Origin: an uncultured delta proteobacterium
GTDB lineage: Bacteria > Myxococcota_A > Polyangia > Polyangiales > Polyangiaceae
DNA: 64,000 nt
Direction: 5' to 3'
Assembly: GCA_963841435.1 (NCBI GenBank)
Contig: CAWJCS010000006.1
Coordinates: 320,001-384,000, forward strand
Part shown: positions 50,963 through 59,684 of the stretch, in pieces
How the letters are laid out: every line of letters starts with the position of its first letter
How positions within the stretch are numbered: the first letter of the stretch is position 1
Made by a program: the position numbers and the translations under genes
Notes under the pieces: model-generated
Told to the model about the DNA's origin: nothing
The model's input: only the letters and a program-made list of their open reading frames with translations
The model's database searches: none

Positions 50963-51109
50963 ACATGCCAGGCGTGAAATTCCCGCATTTCCAGGGGTGC
51001 GCTTGGCACAAGCTGAGCCATCCTGGGGCCTTGCCCTGACGGGCGTTGCAGGGGGCGCACACGGCCGGCTTTCGCGAGCTGCGCCGAGCTGCTAACGGGC
51101 GGGGCCTCC

Positions 51110-51472
51110 GTGCCGCACCCGCTCGACCTCGTCGCCCTGCTCCTCGGCATCTTCTTCACGCTCCGGCAGATGGAGAGCTCCTCCCGGCGCTCGGATGCCT
51201 TCCCCGGCGTCTCCGAGCAGGCCTTCGAGCGCTGGCGGCTCGCCGCGAAGTCGGCCTACCGGCTCGGCGGCACCGCGTGCTTCGGCAAGGTGCTGGTCAA
51301 CATCGCGGTCGCGTTCGTCATGCAGCGCGTGCCGATGCCGGTCGCAGCGCGCTACGCGATCGGCGTGTCCCTCGATCTCGGCTGGGTGGCGCTGATCGTG
51401 CTCGCGTTCCTGCGTTCGCGGCGAGCGCACGCCATCGCGCGCGAGGCCGGCATCGAACGGCGCTCCGCCTGA
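51110..51472 (+). CDS. Hypothetical membrane protein (about 3 TM)
   Basis: Hydrophobic segments; fills the gap. Confidence 0.65.
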   Translation: MPHPLDLVALLLGIFFTLRQMESSSRRSDAFPGVSEQAFERWRLAAKSAYRLGGTACFGKVLVNIAVAFVMQRVPMPVAARYAIGVSLDLGWVALIVLAFLRSRRAHAIAREAGIERRSA

Positions 51473-51489
51473 AACGGCGGGCCGCCCGC

Positions 51490-52797
51490 TCAGTTGCCCA
51501 CGGGCGGCGGCGGTGTCGCCTCGCTCGGCGCGGGGCGCTTGGCAAGGCACGTCTGGATGCCGGCGAGGATCTCGGGCGAGGCGCCGCGCGGCAGGCGAGG
51601 GGTGCCGAGCACGCGCATGAACAGACGATCGAGATCGACGCCCCACCACACGAACATGGCGCGCCCTTTGATGTTGGCGTCGGGCACGCCACCACCCTTG
51701 CCGCCGTACCACGCGCGCGAGTCGGCGCTGTTGTTGCGGTTGTCCCCGAGCACCCACGTCTCGTGGGGTTTGGCGTGATAGGGCCCCTGTCGCCCGTCCG
51801 AGCGGTTCGACTCGTAGATCGTGAGGTAGGCCTTGTCGCTCAAAAACTCCATGAACAGGTCGCCGTGCTTCTCGGGAGCGTCGCTGCCCTCGTGGTAGAC
51901 GTAGTCACCCACGCGGCAGCTCGGTACACGCCAGCCGTTGATGATCGGATGCCCGCCCTCGACGGTGAGCGTGTCGCCCGGGAGCGCGATCACGCGCTTG
52001 ATGAAATCCTGGCTCGGGGCGTCCGGATTGGAATCGGGGAAGATGAAGACCATCACGTCGGCGCGCTCGGGCGGCAGGCTGTCGAACAGGCGGTAGCTCG
52101 TGAACGGAACGAGTGGGCCGTAGGCGAGCTTGTTGACGAAAATGTGGTCCTGGATCTGCAGCGTGGGAAGCATCGAGCCGCTCGGGATCTTGAAAGCTTC
52201 GATCACGAACGCTCTGAGCAGCAAAGCCACGCCGATGGCGAGGGTGATCGACTCGACGTACTCGCGTAGCTCGCCCTTTTGCCAGCGGCCGAGGTACTTG
52301 TGCACGAGGCGCGCCGCCTGCGCGTGTGCGTCGTCGAAAACGGCCGCGTCGAACGGCGAGCGCGTCATGGCCCGGCGTAGCGCCTCGAGGCTCTTGCTGA
52401 GCTCGTCGCGCGCCCCCTTCGCGACGTTGCGTTCGAACGCCTGGCGATGGCGCCGCACGATGCGATCGGCCTCGTCGAGCAGGTGGCCGGCGCGCTCGAG
52501 GTCCCGGCGCGACTCCCGCGGCACGTCGCGCCGCGAGTCGGCGCCGGCGAACGGCAGCGCGTACCGGTAGTGGTAGATGATCATCTCGAACAGCGTGAAA
52601 AAGCCGATCGTCGCTGGAATCGGCTGATCGTTGATGGCCCAGAGCAACCGATCGACGAGCGTCACCGGCTCGAAGGCGTCGCCGGGGCTGAGCAGCGTCA
52701 CGGTCACGTGCGCGAGAAAGAGCGGCACGAGCACGAACCAGATCGGCCAGACGACGAAGCGATACAGGCGGTGGTTGACGGCGGCTTCGTTCATCAC
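51490..52797 (-). CDS. lepB: Signal peptidase I with N-terminal extension
   Basis: AFKIPSGSMLPTL, DFIKRVI, LGDNRNNSADSR. Confidence 0.93.
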   Translation of the reverse strand: MMNEAAVNHRLYRFVVWPIWFVLVPLFLAHVTVTLLSPGDAFEPVTLVDRLLWAINDQPIPATIGFFTLFEMIIYHYRYALPFAGADSRRDVPRESRRDLERAGHLLDEADRIVRRHRQAFERNVAKGARDELSKSLEALRRAMTRSPFDAAVFDDAHAQAARLVHKYLGRWQKGELREYVESITLAIGVALLLRAFVIEAFKIPSGSMLPTLQIQDHIFVNKLAYGPLVPFTSYRLFDSLPPERADVMVFIFPDSNPDAPSQDFIKRVIALPGDTLTVEGGHPIINGWRVPSCRVGDYVYHEGSDAPEKHGDLFMEFLSDKAYLTIYESNRSDGRQGPYHAKPHETWVLGDNRNNSADSRAWYGGKGGGVPDANIKGRAMFVWWGVDLDRLFMRVLGTPRLPRGASPEILAGIQTCLAKRPAPSEATPPPPVGN

Positions 52798-53861
52798 GGC
52801 GCGTCTCCAACCATCAACAGATAGTCGATCTTCCCGGGGCGATCAGCGGTCACGTCTGGGGCGGGACCATGCCCCGCTTGGTCGCTGTGATCCAGCACGA
52901 GAAAGTAGCGGCCGGGCCCGACGGCCACGAAACGCTTGAAAGGTTGGCCCTGCCCCAGCGTTTCGTCGAGCAACGCCGGGCCGGGGACCGGTCTCGCGCC
53001 GGGCGTTCGGATGTACGCGTCGATGACGGACGCCCCACTCGCCTCGGGCACGACCAGAACGTCCACGGACGGCGTTCCGTCGAGGCTGAGGTTCAAGTAG
53101 ACGGCCTGGCCCCCACCCTCTATTTCGAACGCCCCGACGAAGTCCTGCTGCCCCGTGTGGACCTCGGTCCGATCGTTCGCGAGGATGCGCTTGTCCTCCG
53201 TCTTGACCTCGTACGGGTGGAAGGGGCGCTCGCCGAGCGGGATCATTCCCATGCCGAACTCGATCTCACCGCGGTCGTTGTGGCGGATCACGGTGAAGCC
53301 GCGCCGGAGCTGCCCGTCGACGATGCGCTTGCCCATCGATTCCGGGCTCAGCCCGAGCGCCCCGAGCGCGCCCTTTACAACCTGCGACTCGACCATCAGC
53401 ATCTGGAACTGGCTCGTGTCGACGAGGCGCGGCCTGAAGTAGACGTAGAGCGCTCCCTCGTGCATCTGGAAGTCCGGCGAGTACTCGACGAGACCCGTGG
53501 TCGTGAAACCCACGCGCCCCACGGGGCCGCCCCACGCGTAACCCTTACCCCGATACTGGACGACGAAGGATTTTCGCGTCGCTTCGTCGAGGACCTGCGT
53601 CTGGCAAGCCTCGGCGAAGAAGCGGCCCGCGACGGGCTGATCGTCCGCGAGCTTCAGCGGCGTTCCGCTCTTGGTCATCTCGTCGCAAAATGCGCCGAGG
53701 CCGAACTTCAGCATGTCGAAGCGGAGGGATTTATTGGCCGGGTCGTTGACGACCCCGGCGCCGACGATGGCCATCGAGCTCGTGCCCACGCCCTCACGAG
53801 AGGCGCAGCCGGAGAGCGTGAGGATGACGAGGGCCCAAGAGAGGCGAAGAACGTGGGTCAC
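52794..53861 (-). CDS. Hypothetical lipoprotein
   Basis: Lipobox LSGC; coupled to lepB. Confidence 0.75.
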   Translation of the reverse strand: MTHVLRLSWALVILTLSGCASREGVGTSSMAIVGAGVVNDPANKSLRFDMLKFGLGAFCDEMTKSGTPLKLADDQPVAGRFFAEACQTQVLDEATRKSFVVQYRGKGYAWGGPVGRVGFTTTGLVEYSPDFQMHEGALYVYFRPRLVDTSQFQMLMVESQVVKGALGALGLSPESMGKRIVDGQLRRGFTVIRHNDRGEIEFGMGMIPLGERPFHPYEVKTEDKRILANDRTEVHTGQQDFVGAFEIEGGGQAVYLNLSLDGTPSVDVLVVPEASGASVIDAYIRTPGARPVPGPALLDETLGQGQPFKRFVAVGPGRYFLVLDHSDQAGHGPAPDVTADRPGKIDYLLMVGDAP

Positions 53862-53914
53862 GACAGGCGCGCGAGCCTAGCACTCTGGTAGCATCGACGG
53901 GTAGGAACGGTCCC

Positions 53915-54904
53915 ATGAGCCACGTCGCTGTCATCGGAGCCGGTGCCTGGGGCACGGCGCTCTCGCTGGTGCTCGCCGAGCGCGGCGTCGTCCGGCTCTG
54001 GACCTTCGACGAGGAGCACGCGCGATCGCTCGCGGCCACGCGCGACAACGCCCGGTTTCTGCCCGGTTTTGCCCTGCCGGACGCCGTCCAGCCCACGGCG
54101 GACCTGGCCCACGCGCTCGATGGCGCGGAGCTCGCCGTGCTCGCGCTGCCGAGCACCGCGTTCCGCAGCACGCTCGAGCGCGAACCGTCTGCGTTTCGCA
54201 ACGTTCCGCTCGTGATCGCCACGAAGGGTATCGAGACCCGCACGCGGATGTTGCTCACCGAGGTCGTGGACGCGACGCTCGGACCACGGTCGGCAGGAAC
54301 GCTCGTGCTCTCCGGGCCGAGCTTCGCGGTCGAGGTCGCGCGGCGGCTCCCCACGAACGTCGTTGTCGCGGCGAGCGACCATGACGCGAGCGTCGCCGTG
54401 CAAGCTCGCATCGCCACCGAGCGCTTCCGCGTCTACTCGAGCGACGATCCCGTCGGCGTGCAGGTCGGCGGCGCGCTCAAGAACGTGATTGCCATCGCGG
54501 CGGGCGCGTGCGACGGGCTCGGCTTCGGCCACAACACGCGCGCCGCCGTCATCACGCGTGGGCTTGCCGAGATGGCGCGTCTTGCCACAGCCAAGGGCGG
54601 CGCCGCCCTCACGCTCGCGGGACTCGCAGGCCTCGGCGACCTCGTGCTCACCTGCACCGGCGAGCTTTCGCGCAACCGCACCGTCGGCATCGAGCTGGGC
54701 CGGGGGCGCCGCCTTCCCGAGGTGCTTTCCGGGCTCGGTCACGTTGCCGAGGGCGTTCCCACCGCGGAAGCGGCGCATAGCCTCGCCGACCAGCTGGGCG
54801 TCGACCTGCCGATCTCGAGTGAGGTCTACCGCGTGCTGTTCGAGGACAAGCCCGTGCTCGAGGCGGTCCGTGACGTGCTGGCGCGGCCGCTCAAGCGCGA
54901 GTGA
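53915..54904 (+). CDS. gpsA: NAD(P)H-dependent glycerol-3-phosphate dehydrogenase
   Basis: IGAGAWGTAL, ATKGIE, LSGPSFA, GGALKNV, GLGDLVLTC..SRN. Confidence 0.96.
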   Translation: MSHVAVIGAGAWGTALSLVLAERGVVRLWTFDEEHARSLAATRDNARFLPGFALPDAVQPTADLAHALDGAELAVLALPSTAFRSTLEREPSAFRNVPLVIATKGIETRTRMLLTEVVDATLGPRSAGTLVLSGPSFAVEVARRLPTNVVVAASDHDASVAVQARIATERFRVYSSDDPVGVQVGGALKNVIAIAAGACDGLGFGHNTRAAVITRGLAEMARLATAKGGAALTLAGLAGLGDLVLTCTGELSRNRTVGIELGRGRRLPEVLSGLGHVAEGVPTAEAAHSLADQLGVDLPISSEVYRVLFEDKPVLEAVRDVLARPLKRE

Positions 54905-54940
54905 CGGGCCCCCGGGTGGGCCGGGCCGTGGGACCCGGCA

Positions 54941-57562
54941 TCAGCCAAGGTCGCCGGCCACGCCGCCGAGACCCGCGGTCCCGGCGTCCCCCGAAGTACC
55001 GGCCGTGCCGCCCTGGCCGCTCGTGCCACCCTGGCCAGCGCTGCCCGACGCGCCGCTCGCGCCTGCGCCGGCCGAGCCCGCCGTGCCGCCCATTCCCGCG
55101 CCGCCGGACGAGCCGGCCGTGCCGCCCATTCCCGCGCCGCCGGACGAGCCGGCCGCGCCGCCCATTCCCGCGCTGCCGGCGGAGCCCGAGCTGCCTTCCG
55201 GGGTGCAGGACGCGAAGTCACCGCTCGCGACGCAGCCGCCCGTCGGGCTCCCGGGGCAGGGCACCGGGCTTTCCCAGACGGCGTTTCTGCAGGCCTGGAT
55301 GCGCGTCGCATCGTCGGGATCGCAGCGCGTCCACGGTCTACCCGTCGTGCGACCGTCGTCACACTCGGCGCAGCCGATGCCGTCGATGCACACCTCGTCG
55401 GGGTTGCAGTCGCGCGGTGCGAGCTCGTCGAAACGCCCCAGGGGCGAGCAGCCCACCTGCTGCGAGCCGCGCGGCACCGGGCAGTAGCTCGTGCCTGGGA
55501 TGCATTCCGCTTCGCAGCTGGCAGCACCGGTTCCGAGCAGGTCGTCCATCGTGCACGCGCCGTACTCGCAGTTGACGAAATCGCCGAGCGTTCCCGTTCG
55601 AGCGCAGGTGCGGATCTGCTTGCCTGCGGCACCGCCGCACTCCGAAACGTACGGGGTGCACTCACCGCCGCAAAGGGCCGCACGCAGGCCGTACGTGTCG
55701 GCGCCATGGTCGAGGTTGACGAAGTCGTGGCACAGCGCGCCCCCGCTGCATGTTTGCGTGACCCATTTGCCCTCGTTGCACTCGCTGTAAAAGGGCGTGC
55801 CGCCGCCGTTTTTGAACGGCTCGAGGCAGCGCTGCTCGCCCTCCGTGCAAGCGACGCACGTGCCCGGGTCGTAGCCGGCGTAGGTCTCTGGAAAGCCCGC
55901 TTTCGGGGTCGCCGGGTTGACCGTACAGCTGGCGCAGCTCTTCGGGCTTCCGAAGCCACCGTTCCCAAGGCACGGGTAGAACTTGCCGTCGCTCCCGCAC
56001 GCTCCGACGTCGTCGGGGAGCACGTAGGTCTCGAAGGCGTCGAACCAATACGAGCAAGCGGGCTCCATGCACGTGCCGAGGTTGACAGTCTGCGAGGTCG
56101 CTGCCAGGTTCGGCCCGCACCAAAGCTCGCGGTCGAGCTCGGCCCGGCAGGGCGCGACGGTCGCGTAGTCCCACTCGCCCAGGTCGTTGCATTCGATGGT
56201 CGCCTCGCCCGCACTGGCGACGGCGCCGCGCTCTCCGACGCGCTCCGAGAAACAGGCCGTGCTGCCCGGTCAACACGTCTGAGCACACACGGGCCCCGTG
56301 ATCGTGGGCGTGGTTGGCTCGGAGTCGCCCGGCGTGCTCTCGTAGCGGCATTCGGTCGCCGCGGGGCACGCATAGTTTGCCCAGTGCAGGGTCTGGTAGG
56401 GCAAAAGCCCCTCGCAGAGGCTGTAGGAAGAAAGCGGGTCTTCGCCGCCAGGATCGCCGCAGATGAAGCTGCCGGCCGTGGACACCGGAGCCTCGCCCAC
56501 GAGCCCGCGCAGTGCGAATGGCGCCGCGCACTCGGGCTCGACGCAGGCCGCGCGCGACGTCTCCGGCACGTCGAAGACCGGCGGCGGCGTGTCGTTCTGG
56601 AGCGCCGTCTTCAGGTCCTCCACGAAGGCGCGCACGCTCGTCGCGGAGATGCCGTCGTACACGCACACCTCACCCGCCGAGCACAGGGCAAGATCCCAGG
56701 CCGAGCCGTCGTCGTTGCACGAGTAGACGACGCCAGGCTGGTACGTGCCCGAAAGGAGCTGGCCGACCACGTCCTTTTCGCGCACGTCGTAGCAGCGGCG
56801 CTCGCCCTCGCTGCAAACCGGGCCGCGACAGGCGCCGTCGATGCAGTCCATGCTGCCGCAGTCGTGCTGCTCGTAGCCGGTGCCCTCGTCGTTGCAGCGG
56901 CGCACCGTCTTCTTGTCGGCGCACACGCCGCTGTTCGGCGCGCACTCCACGTTCTCGTCGAGAACGCACGCGTCCTTTTCGCACGTCGTGCCCGTGGGGC
57001 AGGGTCGATAGACCCAGTTCGACCCGTCCTTTTCGCACTCCTTTTGCGTCGAGCTGTCGGCGCACGTGGTCTGGCCGATGTCGCACACCGTGACAGTCGA
57101 GTCGGGCTCCGTGCGCACGCACGTCCCGTGCGTGGCGCCGGCCCCGTCGTCGCAGCCCGTTCCCGCCGAGCACGCGACCGGCACCCACTGCCGCCCATCC
57201 TCGGAGCAGACGCGCGAGACGGCGCGCGAGACGCATTCCTTCGCTCCGGGCTGACAAGCGCCGACGCAGCCCGCAGCCAGCACCAGGCGTGAGTTCTCGC
57301 CGGCCTGGCCCTCGGGGTCGACCTCGACGCAGGTCTCGTCCGTGCGCGGATCGCAGCAGCGCTCACCCGTTGCGCACGAGAACGAAAGCACCACCTTGCC
57401 GTCGGCGCTGCACACCTCGCCGCCGCGCGCGTTCAGGCAGGTGACCTCCGAAGGCTTGCAGACCACGACGCCGGTGCCGTCGCCGTCGCCGTCGCCGCAG
57501 GCCAGGAATAGCCACGCGCAGCCGACGAACAGAGCGCTCGCGAGAAGTGCGCGCTCAATCAT
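54941..57562 (-). pseudogene. Large Cys-rich repeat lipoprotein interrupted by one in-frame TGA at 56270-56272
   Basis: ORFs 56270..57562 and 54941..56068 share a frame; the intervening 67 codons are open and Cys-rich; lipobox FLAC; Gly-rich tail. Confidence 0.7.
55086..55173 (-). repeat. 36-bp coding tandem repeat (about 2.5 copies, AGMGGxAGSSGG)
   Basis: gccgcccattcccgcg recurs at 55086, 55122 and 55158. Confidence 0.75.
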
Positions 57563-57812
57563 CTCGTACGCCTTCCGTTGCCAGCAGTCGGGTTGCCGGG
57601 GTCAGAAGTGAGCGCCGTGCCAAAGACGCGCTCGCGCGAGCCGCCCGCGACCGTACTATCCAAGACGCGAGCATCGTATCCGTGCCGGCGGACGAAGAAA
57701 CCTTCGATTTGAGGCGAGCGCGGCCTGACCGGAGCTCGCCGTGGCCGCACGTCGGCCATTTGGCCGGATTCGTCCTTCTGCCACCATCAAGGGTTTGCTA
57801 GTCTTTTCCCGA

Positions 57813-59657
57813 ATGGCGATCGTTCGCTACTTTCCCGCCGAGGGGGCGCCGCTGCTCGTGGCTCTGCACAAGCCGGTCACGACGATCGGGCGCGCGCTCG
57901 GCAACGACATCGCCATTCCCGATGCGAGCGTCGCGCACCATCACGCGCAGATTGTCTTCAACGGTCGTGATTTCCAGCTCGAGGAAGTCGACCGCGAGGC
58001 AGAGATCCTCATCAACGGCAAGAAGAAGCGACGCGCGCGCCTCGTGCAAGGCGACCGCATCACGCTGGGCAGGGCCCAGCTCGGCTTCAGCATGTTCACC
58101 GAGGTCGAGTTCCCCGACGACAAGGCGCGCCACCCCCGCGGAGCCGACGGCGACATCGCGGGCCTGAGGCGCCTGCACGCATTCAGCGAACGCCTCATGA
58201 CGGTGAGCTCGGTGGACGAGCTGCTCGAGGCGTTGCTCGACGACGTGATCCAGCTCACCGGTGCCGCTCGCGGCGTCGTGCTCCTGTCCGACGTCGCCGA
58301 CGGCAAGGAAGCGGCACCTCGGGTGAGGGCCTCACGAAACGTGGGTGCGGAGGCCCTGCAGGACCCTTCGGGCGCCATCAGTGACAGCATCACGCGCCAG
58401 GTCATCGAGACACGCCGCCCCGTCATCGTGAGCGACGCGCTCACCGACACCACCTTCGGCAAGAGCGAGAGCGTCATCGCGCTCAAATTGTCGAGCGTGA
58501 TGTGCGTGCCTTTGCTCAGCCAGGGCCAAACGCTGGGCGCGCTCTACGTCGCCAACGACGAAGTGAAGCACCTGTTCGAGCGACAGCAGCTCGACCTTTT
58601 GACCATCTTTGCAGCGCAGGCCTCGCTGATCCTGCAGAACGCCATGCTGCTCAGCGCGCTTCGCGCCGACAAGGAGAAGCTGCGAGGCGAGCTCGAGGAC
58701 AAGCGCTTCGGCGAGATCATCGGCGCTTGCGCGTCGATGATGGAGGTGTTCCGCAAGCTGCAGAAGGTAGCCGCCACCGACATCAGCGTGATGATCACGG
58801 GCGAGACGGGCACCGGCAAGGAGCTCATTGCACGCGAGATCCATCGCCGCTCCAATCGCGCCGCCGGGCCCTTCGTCACCGTGAATTGCGGCGCCATCCC
58901 CGAGAATCTCATGGAGAGCGAGATGTTCGGGCACGTGAAAGGCGCGTTCACGGGTGCCGTCGCGAGCCGAGCCGGGAAGTTCCAGCAAGCCGATGGCGGG
59001 TCGCTATTTCTCGACGAGATCGGCGAGCTCACGCCTCAGCTCCAGGTCAAGCTGCTGCGCGCCATTCAGGAGCGCGTGGTCTTCCGCGTGGGCGACAACC
59101 GCGCCGAGCGCTGCGACATCCGCATCATCGCTGCGACCAACCGCACGCTCGAGGACATGATCAAGACCGGCGAGTTCCGCGAGGACCTGTACTACCGGCT
59201 CAACGTCGTGAATCTGTGGCTGCCGCCGCTCCGCGACCGTGGCGACGACGTGTTCATCATCGCGAAGGCCCTGCTCAGCAAGTACGCCGACGAGATGGGC
59301 AGCGCCGTGCGCGGGTTCTCGCCGCAGGCGCTTTCCGCGATTCGCAAGTCCTCGTGGCCCGGCAACATTCGCCAGCTCGAAAACCGCATCAAGAAAGCGC
59401 TCGTGCTGTGCGAAAAGACGTTGCTCGGACCCGAGGACCTCGACCTTGGGGGCGGTGAGGAAGCGCCGATCGTGCCGCTCGAGAAGGCGAAAGAGGACTT
59501 CCAGCGCCGCTACGTGCTCGAGGTGTTGGAGCGCAACAACGGCAATCGCACGCAGACGGCGCGCGACCTCGGTGTCGACCCCCGCACCATCTTTCGCTAC
59601 CTCGAAAAAGAGCAGAACCCGATGCCGAGCGGCGCCGGGGGTGTCGCCGAGGAGTGA
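57813..59657 (+). CDS. FHA-GAF sigma54-dependent enhancer-binding protein (Fis HTH)
   Basis: IGR..ND...HHA FHA; GAF; GETGTGKE, GAFTGA, LFLDEIG, WPGNIRQL; NRTQTARDLG. Confidence 0.93.
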   Translation: MAIVRYFPAEGAPLLVALHKPVTTIGRALGNDIAIPDASVAHHHAQIVFNGRDFQLEEVDREAEILINGKKKRRARLVQGDRITLGRAQLGFSMFTEVEFPDDKARHPRGADGDIAGLRRLHAFSERLMTVSSVDELLEALLDDVIQLTGAARGVVLLSDVADGKEAAPRVRASRNVGAEALQDPSGAISDSITRQVIETRRPVIVSDALTDTTFGKSESVIALKLSSVMCVPLLSQGQTLGALYVANDEVKHLFERQQLDLLTIFAAQASLILQNAMLLSALRADKEKLRGELEDKRFGEIIGACASMMEVFRKLQKVAATDISVMITGETGTGKELIAREIHRRSNRAAGPFVTVNCGAIPENLMESEMFGHVKGAFTGAVASRAGKFQQADGGSLFLDEIGELTPQLQVKLLRAIQERVVFRVGDNRAERCDIRIIAATNRTLEDMIKTGEFREDLYYRLNVVNLWLPPLRDRGDDVFIIAKALLSKYADEMGSAVRGFSPQALSAIRKSSWPGNIRQLENRIKKALVLCEKTLLGPEDLDLGGGEEAPIVPLEKAKEDFQRRYVLEVLERNNGNRTQTARDLGVDPRTIFRYLEKEQNPMPSGAGGVAEE

Positions 59658-59684
59658 CGCGCCGCGCCGGCGGCGCTCACCGAA

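Noticed and set aside
51003..51018. Plus-strand sigma54 promoter TGGCACAAGCTGAGC for the 51110 gene
   Set aside because: No TTGC at the required -12 spacing
56230..56272. Selenocysteine codon with SECIS
   Set aside because: The TGA is not at a Cys position of the repeat and only a weak hairpin follows; kept only as a low-probability alternative
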